Below are positions 31,966 through 41,019 of a stretch of 49,554 nt of DNA, in pieces (position 1 is the stretch's first letter; the number at the start of each line of letters is the position of its first letter). Location: IMG/VR virus record IMGVR_UViG_2643221500_000001, positions 1 to 49,554 of that record; one strand, written 5' to 3'. This DNA comes from a virus. The notes beneath the pieces are model-generated. The model was not told the origin of the DNA. It made no database searches and saw only the letters and a program-made list of their open reading frames with translations. A program made the translations under genes and the position numbers.

Positions 31966-34691
31966 TGGCTGTATTGCCTTCTGCTAATGATCTCTCTCGG
32001 CCAGCTTCTGCACGTACAGGGCGCATTATTGCGAGCGGCCCTGAGGACTCGGTTGGCCCGTCACTCCAGCGTTTGGGCGGTGTCGTTTCAGCTATTGGTG
32101 AAGAACAGAAGCGGCAGCAGGATGCACTTGGCATGGCAAAGGCAGAGGCTGAGCTTAATCAGGGCCTTATCAACGTCGGCAAACAGTTCGACAACGATCC
32201 TGATTATGGCACATTCAGTCAGCGTGCTCCCAAGGCAACTGGCGATGTCGTCAATCGTGCAGCGAAGAATATCAGTGATCCGAATTTGCGTGAGCGTTGG
32301 GTACAGGGTGCCAACACCGATGCTGTACGTCTGAATGCCAGCATTGACGGGAAAGCTGATACACTCGGCAAGCAGGCAACTATTGCCAATCTTGATCAGA
32401 CCCTTGAGACGCAGCGCCGTATTTATGTCGATCCAGAGACAACCGAAGAGCAGAAACTGAAGGCTCGCGCTGATATTCAGGCGACGCTTGAAGTTGCATC
32501 CAAGACCGGCATTCTGACACCCGATGAGGCTGACCGTCGTTCGCAGCTTAACCTTCGTGATGCGAATTACAGCCGTGCCAAATTGATTGCAGAACGTGAC
32601 CCGGATGCGATCCTCAACCTTAATCGAGGTAGTGTAGCTCAGCTCATTACAGCAAAGGCACAGGAACACGGCGTTCCGGCTGATGTTGCCATTGGCATCG
32701 GGACGATTGAAAGCAATCTTAACCCCAAGGCAAAGGCAGCCACATCATCTGCATCCGGTGTGTTCCAAATTATCAATAGCACTGGCAAGCAGTACGGACT
32801 TACAAATCCATTAGATGCCAATCAGAATATTGATGCTGGTATTCGTCTGACTAAAGACAATATCAATAGCCTGCGCAGTACCACAGGCCGCGAACCAACA
32901 CCGGGTGAAATCTATCTCGCGCATTTTAGCGGCGTAGGTACAGCGCAAAAGCTTGCATCAACCTCTAATGATGCGCCAGCAAGCGATGTGTTCAGCACCG
33001 CAGCAATAAAGGCAAACCCGACGATCCTTGCGGGAAAGTCCGTTGGTGAGGTCAAGCAGTGGGCCGAACGCAAGATGGCTCAGGCCATGGGGCGTCCCGT
33101 GGATGCCTCCACTGGATCAGTTTCGCCTCAACAGGCAGGACCTGAACCGCTTCCGGCATGGTATCAGGATATGTCGCCTGAACAGCGTCAGGCGGTTTAT
33201 GAAACCGCTGAAAAAGTTGTACTGGAGAGGCAAGCGAAGCAAAGCGCACGAGATAAGGCATATCGCGACAGCGTAGCTGATAATTTCAATCTTCGAATTG
33301 CCATGGGAGATACGAAACTTACGTCTCGCGATATCATCGATGATCCTTATTTGGGGCAAGGGCAAAAGGCTGCTCTGCTTAAAAGCTATCAATCTTCGAT
33401 GAAGGCACAAAATACACTGGCGAGCGACCTCGGTTCGATCCAGTCCGGGACTTTCTCCGGTGACCCGTATGATAACGATTTCCAAAAAAGAAATGACAAT
33501 GTTGCCGATTTTGTAATGAAGAACGTTCCGGAAGAGGGACAGCAGCCTTTCTTCGATGGAATGATAGCGCAGTCTGGATATGTGCCCCAGCCTTTGATGA
33601 ATCGTATTCGCGTTGGTGTAGAAAGCCAGAACGTTGCCGATATTCAGAGCGCTTTGGCCAGTGCTTCCCGTTATTCCAGCATTAGTTCCGGAGCAATATC
33701 TCGCGCCACCGGCGGCGATGGAATTCAAAAGAAAGTCGACTTATTCAACTCTTACAAGACGTTGGGATATTCAGACGAGGACGCGGCGAAGCGAATTGCC
33801 GAACAGAACAACCCAGACCTTGCGGGTCGGCGCGATGCAATTCTCAAATCGGATCCGGTGAAGAAGGCAATCACGAAAGTTTCGGCTGCGGACGTGGCTA
33901 AGATATTCGATCCGGGCTTGTTCTCGTCTGCCAAAGTGGGCGGGGAAATATCGGAAGAAATAGTAAGGATTGGTGCATCCGTAGAGTCGCAGGCCCAGAT
34001 TGTGGCAGACTATAAAAACATCCTAGAGGATGGCTTTGTAGAGGCGAACGGCAACGAGAATATCGCTCGTGATCTTGCCGCCAAGCGCATGCAAAAAATA
34101 TACGGCCTTTCGGATATGTCTATATTTGGTTCGAAGACTGTCATGCGCCTGCCACCCGAGAAGACGTACGACCCATTGCCGGACGGAAGCTATGGCTACA
34201 TCAAGGATCAGCTTCACGACGCCTTGAAGGCCGAAGGTGTGGACTTTGATGAAGCGTGGCTTGAGAGCTACGACACGACTGACGGTGATTTTAAGGCGGG
34301 TCGCCCGGCCAACTATCAAATAATATACTCTAAGAACGGCGAGCTTGGTTTATTCCATCTGCCTTTTTTCGCTGATCGTAATGCAGCACTTGCGCAATAC
34401 AATGATGCACAGAAGCAATCTCTGGCAGAGCGAGAAGTATCTTGGGCAGACAATCGTAACGAAGAGATGCGGAACTACCCTGAAGGTCGCAATGGGCCAG
34501 AAAGGTTCAGTAACGACGGTCTCTATCGCGGCGTAGCGAAAGAAGGAAGCCCCATGGCACGTGCCATTGCGGAGAGGCAGGCGGAAAATCGCCGTTCGAA
34601 GGATCGGCAGATGCAAGAACGAGACGCCGCAAAAGCTAAGCGTGATCGAGATCTAGGCGATTTCACAACTCATCTGCCGCAGGAGAAATAA
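31965..34691 (+). CDS. internal virion protein with lytic transglycosylase (SLT) domain
   Basis: 908 aa. SLT motif IGIGTIESNLNPKAKAATSSASGVFQIINSTGKQYGL. TAATG overlap. Confidence 0.85.
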   Translation: MAVLPSANDLSRPASARTGRIIASGPEDSVGPSLQRLGGVVSAIGEEQKRQQDALGMAKAEAELNQGLINVGKQFDNDPDYGTFSQRAPKATGDVVNRAAKNISDPNLRERWVQGANTDAVRLNASIDGKADTLGKQATIANLDQTLETQRRIYVDPETTEEQKLKARADIQATLEVASKTGILTPDEADRRSQLNLRDANYSRAKLIAERDPDAILNLNRGSVAQLITAKAQEHGVPADVAIGIGTIESNLNPKAKAATSSASGVFQIINSTGKQYGLTNPLDANQNIDAGIRLTKDNINSLRSTTGREPTPGEIYLAHFSGVGTAQKLASTSNDAPASDVFSTAAIKANPTILAGKSVGEVKQWAERKMAQAMGRPVDASTGSVSPQQAGPEPLPAWYQDMSPEQRQAVYETAEKVVLERQAKQSARDKAYRDSVADNFNLRIAMGDTKLTSRDIIDDPYLGQGQKAALLKSYQSSMKAQNTLASDLGSIQSGTFSGDPYDNDFQKRNDNVADFVMKNVPEEGQQPFFDGMIAQSGYVPQPLMNRIRVGVESQNVADIQSALASASRYSSISSGAISRATGGDGIQKKVDLFNSYKTLGYSDEDAAKRIAEQNNPDLAGRRDAILKSDPVKKAITKVSAADVAKIFDPGLFSSAKVGGEISEEIVRIGASVESQAQIVADYKNILEDGFVEANGNENIARDLAAKRMQKIYGLSDMSIFGSKTVMRLPPEKTYDPLPDGSYGYIKDQLHDALKAEGVDFDEAWLESYDTTDGDFKAGRPANYQIIYSKNGELGLFHLPFFADRNAALAQYNDAQKQSLAEREVSWADNRNEEMRNYPEGRNGPERFSNDGLYRGVAKEGSPMARAIAERQAENRRSKDRQMQERDAAKAKRDRDLGDFTTHLPQEK

Positions 34692-34694
34692 TCC

Positions 34695-37600
34695 ATGCCA
34701 TTGAACCGCTCAGCACCTCTACCAGGCGGAACACTTGGCATCGCTACGCACGACAAGCCTGATCCATCTGCACTAGAGGTTGCGGGCGCAATGCTTCAAG
34801 AGGATAATCCTGTATTTTCAGCGTTATCGGACGCGAAGTTGGCAATGGGTAGCGCCGATTTCTATAAAGTCGATCCTGCTTCAAATCCGTTCAGAAAGAT
34901 AGAAGACGTTATATCGTCGGAACCTAATGAAGATTTGAAGCGTCGTTATCATGATGCTGTAAAAAGCGGAGCCTTCGATAAGGTTTACAACGACAAATCG
35001 TTCGACGCCACACTGTCTAATATTCAACGCGAATACCAGAATGACCGGGTCATCGCCGCCAGTAGTTGGCCACAGTACTTAGCTGGATTGGCTGCTACAG
35101 TAGCAACCGATCCGACGAACCTTCTCCCCGGAGGGGCCTTCGTTCGAGCTGGTAAAGTTGGCTATTCTGCTACAAAATCCGCCTTGTCGGTTGGGTTGGC
35201 GGCTGGCGGCGCAGCGGCTGCAAGTGAGGCCGCGTTGCAGTCCACACAAGAGACAAGAACCCCAGAAGAAAGCGCTTTCACCGTTGGTGGTTCGGTTCTG
35301 CTTGGCGGACTAATCGGTATGGGTGGGGCAAAGTTCTTCAGCAAAGGCGAATGGAACCGCGTCGGCAAGGCATTGAAGGATGATCTTGAAACGAAAGTTC
35401 CAAACCCAGACGAGGTGACGGATATCATCGTCAAGCGCATGCAATCTGCTGGCGCAGCTGCCGTTGAGAAGATCAACATTGACGATCTGGGGATCGGTGG
35501 ACCGAAAGCGGCGGAACTGGTGGCCCGGGCTACAGCGGCGGCAAGAATTAATCCTGGTATTCAGACCATGCTTTCTCCTTCGATGGAGGTACGCAAGGTT
35601 TACGATCAGTTGGTCGATAACCCGATCTACACGAAGATGAACATGGATGGACGGTCGTTTGGTCCTTCGGTCGAAAATCTTGTCAAGCAGACCGAACGTG
35701 GATCGCTGGCGCAGTGGCTAACTGAGGCAAATTCCTCTTGGCGAGATGCGAAACGAGCAGGGTTTGAAGGGTCTAGAGCCGATTTTATGTCAGCGGTAAG
35801 CCGGGCGGCTAGACGAGGCGATGTTGACCCCAATGGAAATGATTATGTTACACGGCTCGCCAGACAAGCCCGACAGCGTATTTTTGATCCGTTATTGGAA
35901 CGGGCTAAGATGCTCGAACTGCTTCCAGAGGACATTAAGACGACGACAGCAGCAAGCTACGTCACCCGCCTTTGGAACCGTCAACGGCTAATAGCGCGTG
36001 AGAATGAATTCAGACAGATTGCCGCCGATTATCTTCGAGAGCAAATCGCGAAGCTGCCCGATGACCAGAGGGTAGATTTCGTTTCCAAGGCCGATATGGA
36101 AGATTACGTTCAAGATGTAGTGAAGGACGTGTTCAACAATCTAACTGGGCGGGGCAACGGCGATGTGCCAGAATGGCTTGTTCCGACCAAGCGCGGGCCG
36201 TTGAAAGAGCGCACATTCAATATCCCAGACGAAATGGTGGAAGATTTTCTAGAGAACGATATGGAACTTATTCTTCGGCGCTATAGCCGAGTAATGGGTG
36301 CGGATATTGAACTTACGGAAAAATTCGGTCGGGCTGACCTTAAAGACCAGTTGGATGCCATCAATCGGGAATATGATGATCTGTCAGTCGCGGCAAAGTC
36401 CGAGAAAGATCGAATTCAGCTGGATAAGGCCAGAGACAGGGACCTGAAGAACCTCCAAGCTTTCCGTGACATGATACGCGGCACGTACAAGGCGGCAGAT
36501 GAAAGCAGCGGATGGAGCAGACTCACGAGGGCAGCACTCACCTGGAACTATGTGCGCCTTCTCGGCGGTGTCGTGCTCGCCAGTTTGACTGATGCAGCAC
36601 GGCCTATGGCTGTTCATGGGGTACGGGCTTCTATGTCTGATGCCTTGCCAGCATTAGTTTCAGGAACAAAAGCTGCCAAGATTGCCCGGCAGGACGCCCG
36701 CGATCTCGGAGCGGTAACTGAAGTTGTGCTGCAATCCCGGTTGGCTTCGCTAGCGGATTTACAGGACCCTTACAGATACGGTTCATCGTATGAACGGTTC
36801 TTGTCGAACACGTCGAACCTATTCACCAAGACTACCGGCCTTGGTTACTGGAACGACACAATGAAGACTATTGCAGCTGTCATGACGCAAAACCGGATGG
36901 CGCGAAATGCGCTCAATTGGTCAAGCGCAGACAAGCGCGAGCGTGCTTATATGGCCTATCTGGGCATAAACGAGAATATGGCCGAACGTATCGCCAAGCA
37001 AATCAATGCCCACGGCGTTCAAGAAAAGAATATCTGGGGCGCAAATGTCTCGGAATGGACCGATGATGGCGCGCGACGTGCTTGGGCGGCAGCACTCAAT
37101 AAAGACGTTGATCGGACGATTGTTACGAAAGGCGTGGCTGATACGCCCCTCTGGATGAAAACCAATTGGGGCAGACTAATCATGCAGTTCAAGAGCTTTG
37201 GTCTAGCATCGCATCAGCGCGTTCTCATTGCTGGGTTGCAAGAACGTCCTCACCGATTAGCTGAGCAGTTGGTGTTTAGTACGGCGCTTGGCATGATGGT
37301 TGGCTATCTGAAATTCATGGAACGCGGCGATACGGAAGAAGCTAACCGTCTTCTGGAGAACTCAGGGTTATGGATCGCGGACGGGCTTGACCGTACGGGC
37401 ATTCTTTCGCTGCCATTTGAAATATCGAACACGGCGGAAAAACTCGGTTCTCCGGTAGGTATAATGAAAGGTGTCCAAGCTGTTGCGGGCGACGTAGATC
37501 AAGGCGGAGCGGCGTCAAGATATGCGAGCAGAAACAAACTAGGCGCTATCGCTGGCCCTTGGGCGGGTGTCTTTGAGGACTTGTCGACTATTGCCCAGCA

Positions 37601-37733
37601 ACTCGGCGAAGGCGACTTGAAGAAATCTGGCGCGAATGCGATGATTCGACAGTTGCCGGGGGCAACCCTGCCTGGGGTCAGAACAGCTATCCATGTGGGG
37701 ATTAAGCCAGCTTTGCAGGGGGCTGTTGAATGA
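34695..37733 (+). CDS. large internal virion / ejection protein
   Basis: 1012 aa with an AGGAG SD. Sits in the T7 gp15/gp16 position. Confidence 0.8.
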   Translation: MPLNRSAPLPGGTLGIATHDKPDPSALEVAGAMLQEDNPVFSALSDAKLAMGSADFYKVDPASNPFRKIEDVISSEPNEDLKRRYHDAVKSGAFDKVYNDKSFDATLSNIQREYQNDRVIAASSWPQYLAGLAATVATDPTNLLPGGAFVRAGKVGYSATKSALSVGLAAGGAAAASEAALQSTQETRTPEESAFTVGGSVLLGGLIGMGGAKFFSKGEWNRVGKALKDDLETKVPNPDEVTDIIVKRMQSAGAAAVEKINIDDLGIGGPKAAELVARATAAARINPGIQTMLSPSMEVRKVYDQLVDNPIYTKMNMDGRSFGPSVENLVKQTERGSLAQWLTEANSSWRDAKRAGFEGSRADFMSAVSRAARRGDVDPNGNDYVTRLARQARQRIFDPLLERAKMLELLPEDIKTTTAASYVTRLWNRQRLIARENEFRQIAADYLREQIAKLPDDQRVDFVSKADMEDYVQDVVKDVFNNLTGRGNGDVPEWLVPTKRGPLKERTFNIPDEMVEDFLENDMELILRRYSRVMGADIELTEKFGRADLKDQLDAINREYDDLSVAAKSEKDRIQLDKARDRDLKNLQAFRDMIRGTYKAADESSGWSRLTRAALTWNYVRLLGGVVLASLTDAARPMAVHGVRASMSDALPALVSGTKAAKIARQDARDLGAVTEVVLQSRLASLADLQDPYRYGSSYERFLSNTSNLFTKTTGLGYWNDTMKTIAAVMTQNRMARNALNWSSADKRERAYMAYLGINENMAERIAKQINAHGVQEKNIWGANVSEWTDDGARRAWAAALNKDVDRTIVTKGVADTPLWMKTNWGRLIMQFKSFGLASHQRVLIAGLQERPHRLAEQLVFSTALGMMVGYLKFMERGDTEEANRLLENSGLWIADGLDRTGILSLPFEISNTAEKLGSPVGIMKGVQAVAGDVDQGGAASRYASRNKLGAIAGPWAGVFEDLSTIAQQLGEGDLKKSGANAMIRQLPGATLPGVRTAIHVGIKPALQGAVE

Positions 37734-38068
37734 AGCAATTAAGTGAATACGAAGCACGCCAATCCGAGCGATACAAGGCGATGCGCAAACAACTAAATGA
37801 CCTCCATCCAGGATTAGCTGCTTACATCACAATAGCTGGCGTCCTGATGATTGTTTCCGGCTTCTTCTGGGGCGGCGGCGAGGACGGTAACCCGATGTTT
37901 ACAGCAGGTATCGGCTTAGCGGCGCTCCTTGGCGGCGGTGGGTACTGGTTCCATTGCAAGGAGAAGGAGAAGCGACTTTCGCGAGAATTGTCATCCATTG
38001 AAACTCATTTCGCTTCTAAGAATAAGCGCATCAATTGGAACGGCGATGTCTCTGAGGGCGGATCATGA
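37730..38068 (+). CDS. hypothetical two-TM membrane protein
   Basis: 112 aa. ATGA overlaps on both sides. Confidence 0.6.
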   Translation: MKQLSEYEARQSERYKAMRKQLNDLHPGLAAYITIAGVLMIVSGFFWGGGEDGNPMFTAGIGLAALLGGGGYWFHCKEKEKRLSRELSSIETHFASKNKRINWNGDVSEGGS

Positions 38069-38631
38069 GGGATCCCGTGTGCTGTATCGAAGGCTGTAAG
38101 CGACCGATCCACGTAAAGAAGTACGGATTTTGCAGGGCGCACTATCTTCGTTATTGGCGCTACGGTAGCCCGTTTCTAGGGGCAACGTTTGTAGGAGACC
38201 CGAAGAAGTTCATCGATACCGTTGCAGTTACTTACAGGGATGATGATTGCCTTATCTGGCCATTTGGCACAAATACCTATGGATATGCCATGAAAGGCGG
38301 CGTGTATGTAAGCCGATATGTCTGCGAAAAAACAAACGGCCCCTCTCCGGATAAAAACTATGACTGCGCCCATAGTTGCGGAAAAGGCCACTTGGGGTGT
38401 GTCAATCCAAAGCATCTCTCTTGGAAAACGCGAGCGGACAATCTTGCGGATACGGTTATTCACGGCACCCATCGTCGGGGTGAGCGCTCCAATCTATCTA
38501 AGCTGACTGAGGCTGAAGTTTTTGAAATAAAATATTCAACCGCAAACCAACGTCAGACGGCGGCGCAGTACGGCATCGACCAATCTACCGTCAGCGACAT
38601 CAGACGGGGTAAAAGTTGGGCATGGCTTTAG
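38065..38631 (+). CDS. HNH_3-type endonuclease with N-terminal Cys-rich motif and C-terminal HTH
   Basis: CCIEGCKRP..GFCRAHYLRYWRYGSP, then DDCLIWPF..YGY, then CAHSCGKGHLGCVNPKHLSWKT..DN. Paralog of 46749-47462. Confidence 0.85.
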   Translation: MRDPVCCIEGCKRPIHVKKYGFCRAHYLRYWRYGSPFLGATFVGDPKKFIDTVAVTYRDDDCLIWPFGTNTYGYAMKGGVYVSRYVCEKTNGPSPDKNYDCAHSCGKGHLGCVNPKHLSWKTRADNLADTVIHGTHRRGERSNLSKLTEAEVFEIKYSTANQRQTAAQYGIDQSTVSDIRRGKSWAWL

Positions 38632-38655
38632 TTGCCGGGTAAATGTGATGCGGCA

Positions 38656-39033
38656 TCAATCGTCCGGCTCGTCCACAAATTCAGGTATATCAAACCTAAG
38701 AAACGTGATGAACGGTTTCATTTGATCAACGTCAAGGCCGACACGATAGCCAGCATCACGCATCTCAGCTTCAAAGTTCGCAGCTTCTACTAGACGTATT
38801 TTTTCTTCATCCGTTTTGGCCGCTGCTATCGGTGCTACCCAATCACGCATGAAATCAGTGAAAGTGGTCTTCTGAGGATATCTCTCCTCCAGTGTGGCCA
38901 CAATTTCCGCGTTCATGGAGCGATTGTTAGTGTCAGCTTCGCGCTTAATGCGCTCCCGCATACCGTCGGGGAGGCGGAGTACAAATTTATCGGCGGTATC
39001 GGACGGTGGAAGGGGGCGGCTTTTTCTGGACAT
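38656..39033 (-). CDS. Arc/Mnt-family ribbon-helix-helix regulator (Mnt-like position)
   Basis: FVLRLPDGMRERIKREADTNNRSMNAEIVATLEE is an Arc-type RHH. Divergent from the arc-like/ant genes. Confidence 0.75.
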   Translation of the reverse strand: MSRKSRPLPPSDTADKFVLRLPDGMRERIKREADTNNRSMNAEIVATLEERYPQKTTFTDFMRDWVAPIAAAKTDEEKIRLVEAANFEAEMRDAGYRVGLDVDQMKPFITFLRFDIPEFVDEPDD

Positions 39034-39046
39034 TTCACATGCATAC

Positions 39047-39107
39047 TAGCGAATCGCCATTTTTTCCATAGTGGCGACTTGACATCATGGCGACTCGCTA
39101 TCATAGT
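39047..39107. promoter_or_regulatory. divergent control region: TTGACA-17-CATAGT promoter plus three TGGCGA(C/T)T half-sites
   Basis: TAGCGAATCGCCAT (39047-60) is inverted relative to ATGGCGACTCGCTA (39087-100), with one mismatch. TGGCGACT also occurs at 39072. TTGACA at 39079-84 and CATAGT at 39102-07. Confidence 0.55.
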
Positions 39108-39143
39108 GTAGTTACAAATCGGACAGGAGGTTTACCAGAAAAG

Positions 39144-39296
39144 ATGGAGACGAAATTTGTAATCCGCTTCCCAGAAGGGTTGCGTGATTTCATCAAGGAG
39201 GAAGCAGCAAAAAGCGAAAGGAGCATGAATGCGGAGATTATTTTCCAGCTTAAGCGCGCTTATGGCGCGAACGAAAAGAGCGAAGCACCGGCCTAG
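39144..39296 (+). CDS. Arc-like ribbon-helix-helix regulator
   Basis: METKFVIRFPEGLRDFIKEEAAKSERSMNAEIIFQLKRAY is an Arc-type RHH. The ATG at 39087 lies upstream of the predicted -10 box. Confidence 0.7.
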   Translation: METKFVIRFPEGLRDFIKEEAAKSERSMNAEIIFQLKRAYGANEKSEAPA

Positions 39297-39345
39297 GAAA
39301 CCCGCTTCGCTCTCAAACAATCCAGTTTCGTAAAGGATTATCGAA

Positions 39346-40095
39346 ATGGAAGATAGCAAATTTCCATCCGTAGTTAAAGGCCAAATTGGCGAAGGCTCGA
39401 TCCAGACTGTCAATGCACGTGATCTTCACGTATTTCTTGAAGTCGGCGTTCGCTTCAATGACTGGATCGCCAGGCGAATTGCTGAATACGGTTTTGAGGA
39501 GGGCAAAGACTTTTACTCAGAATTGAGTAAAACCTCATCTGGTGGCCGTCCAAGCCGTGAGTACCATATCTCGCTCGACATGGCGAAAGAGCTTTCCATG
39601 GTTGAGCGCAACGAAAAGGGAAAGCAGGCGCGCCAGTATTTCATTGAGTGTGAACGGCGCGCTAAGCAGGTAATTGCCGACCCGGTTGCAGTTCTGAACG
39701 ATCCAGCTGCAATGCGCGGACTTCTTCTCTCTTATACCGAGAAGGTGATCGAGCTTCAAAGCAAAGTTGCTGAGATGCAGCCAGCGGTCGCGGCATTGGA
39801 GCAGATTGCAGAAGCTCATGGAAGCTTCACCCGGACCGAAGCGGCGAAACACATCGGTATCGCGCCTCATCTGCTCTGCAAATGGATGACTACCAACGGC
39901 TGGACCTATCGCCGCCCCGGTACGAGGGATGATATCGCGTATCAGTCCAAAATCAACGCTGGTTATCTGGAGCACAAGGTTACAACCGGCCTTCGCCCAG
40001 ACGGGACCGAGTGGATTTCAACGCAAGTTCGCGTCACGCCGAAGGGCCTGACCGTTCTTGCTAAGGGCTTCCCTCAAGCAGTGAGGGCGGCTTGA
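39346..40095 (+). CDS. ant: antirepressor (AntA-like N-terminal domain plus KilA-C-like C-terminal domain)
   Basis: N-terminus VNARDLHVFLEVGVRFNDWIARRI..YGFEEGKDF and a C-terminal half resembling KilAC antirepressors. AAGGA SD. Confidence 0.85.
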   Translation: MEDSKFPSVVKGQIGEGSIQTVNARDLHVFLEVGVRFNDWIARRIAEYGFEEGKDFYSELSKTSSGGRPSREYHISLDMAKELSMVERNEKGKQARQYFIECERRAKQVIADPVAVLNDPAAMRGLLLSYTEKVIELQSKVAEMQPAVAALEQIAEAHGSFTRTEAAKHIGIAPHLLCKWMTTNGWTYRRPGTRDDIAYQSKINAGYLEHKVTTGLRPDGTEWISTQVRVTPKGLTVLAKGFPQAVRAA

Positions 40096-40733
40096 TGAAC
40101 AGGCGTACATTTATGGGCGCGGCTGCGCTTGTCATCTCCTCGCCAGTATCAGCACTGCCTGTTTCGAACGAACTCGACAGTTTGATTGAACAGCATAAAA
40201 TCCTGTGGAAGCGGGATGAGGATGCTTGGACCAAGGTGGGTGAATTGGATTGCCATCCAGATCTTCGATCTTTGGTCCCAAGGGTCACTCTTTGCGATGG
40301 CAAATTCAGTAAGATTTATGGTTACACGAATATTGAAATCGATCAATACATTGACCGTAGTCTGGAGACTAAGCTTCTTTTTGTGGAGAAAGATGAGATT
40401 AAAACCTCAATAGCGGACAAGGCGGACATTGTACGTAACCGCTACAAAGAAGAACTCGCAAAGCAAGAAGCCCATAAGAAACAAATACAACAATCTATTG
40501 GGCGCGACGATGCGTTTCGGTTTGCCGAAAAGTGCAGTGACGAGACGCGCGACATTGAACAAAGGATATTGAACTATCGGCCAAGATCGTTGCGCGATGC
40601 AGCTCTAATCGCATCGTTTGTTGTGTCTGTGATCAATTCTGGTAACGGATACTTAGAAATGGATCAGGCGCTGGAGGCGTTGCAGAACATCGCAACCGTG
40701 GTGGCTGACACCCCTGAAGAGGTGGCGGCATGA
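40095..40733 (+). CDS. hypothetical protein with twin-arginine-like signal
   Basis: MNRRTFMGAAALVISSPVSA then a helical, charged protein. TGATG overlap with the ant stop. Region is locally AT-rich. Confidence 0.6.
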   Translation: MNRRTFMGAAALVISSPVSALPVSNELDSLIEQHKILWKRDEDAWTKVGELDCHPDLRSLVPRVTLCDGKFSKIYGYTNIEIDQYIDRSLETKLLFVEKDEIKTSIADKADIVRNRYKEELAKQEAHKKQIQQSIGRDDAFRFAEKCSDETRDIEQRILNYRPRSLRDAALIASFVVSVINSGNGYLEMDQALEALQNIATVVADTPEEVAA

Positions 40734-40852
40734 AAATCGCTGCTAGACACATTCTTAAGAGCACGTTGGACGCCGAATTTATGGCAAACCGGATACAGCA
40801 ACTAGCCGATGAACTGGCAGATGCTATGAGGGATGTCCATGGCGGTACGTAG
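40730..40852 (+). CDS. 40-aa ORF (below ORF-track cutoff)
   Basis: Own translation: MKIAARHILKSTLDAEFMANRIQQLADELADAMRDVHGGT. ATGA overlap. GAGGTGG SD. Confidence 0.35.
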   Translation: MKIAARHILKSTLDAEFMANRIQQLADELADAMRDVHGGT

Positions 40853-40906
40853 CGGTGTGACATAAGTCATGAATACGAGTTCATTCTAATCAGAAGAAGT
40901 TAACAG

Positions 40907-40927
40907 AGCGGCCTCCGGGCCGCTTTT
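40907..40927 (+). terminator. intrinsic terminator
   Basis: AGCGGCC tccg GGCCGCT followed by TTT. Confidence 0.7.
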
Positions 40928-40976
40928 CCATATCAACCAGCCAAAGCTCTGCATTTCGCGGGGCTTTTCTCGTTTC

Positions 40977-41003
40977 AGCCGTCTCATTCGAGGCGGCTTT
41001 TTT
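40977..41003 (+). terminator. intrinsic terminator 17 nt upstream of the tailspike start
   Basis: AGCCGTCTC attc GAGGCGGCT followed by TTTTT. Confidence 0.8.
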
Positions 41004-41019
41004 CATGGAGCCTCCATAA

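Noticed and set aside
32088-33728. Minus-strand ORFs of 193 and 203 aa inside the SLT-domain virion protein gene
   Set aside because: They are fully embedded antisense to a 908-aa gene with a clear domain. They have Ile/Leu/Cys-rich junk composition and no SD.
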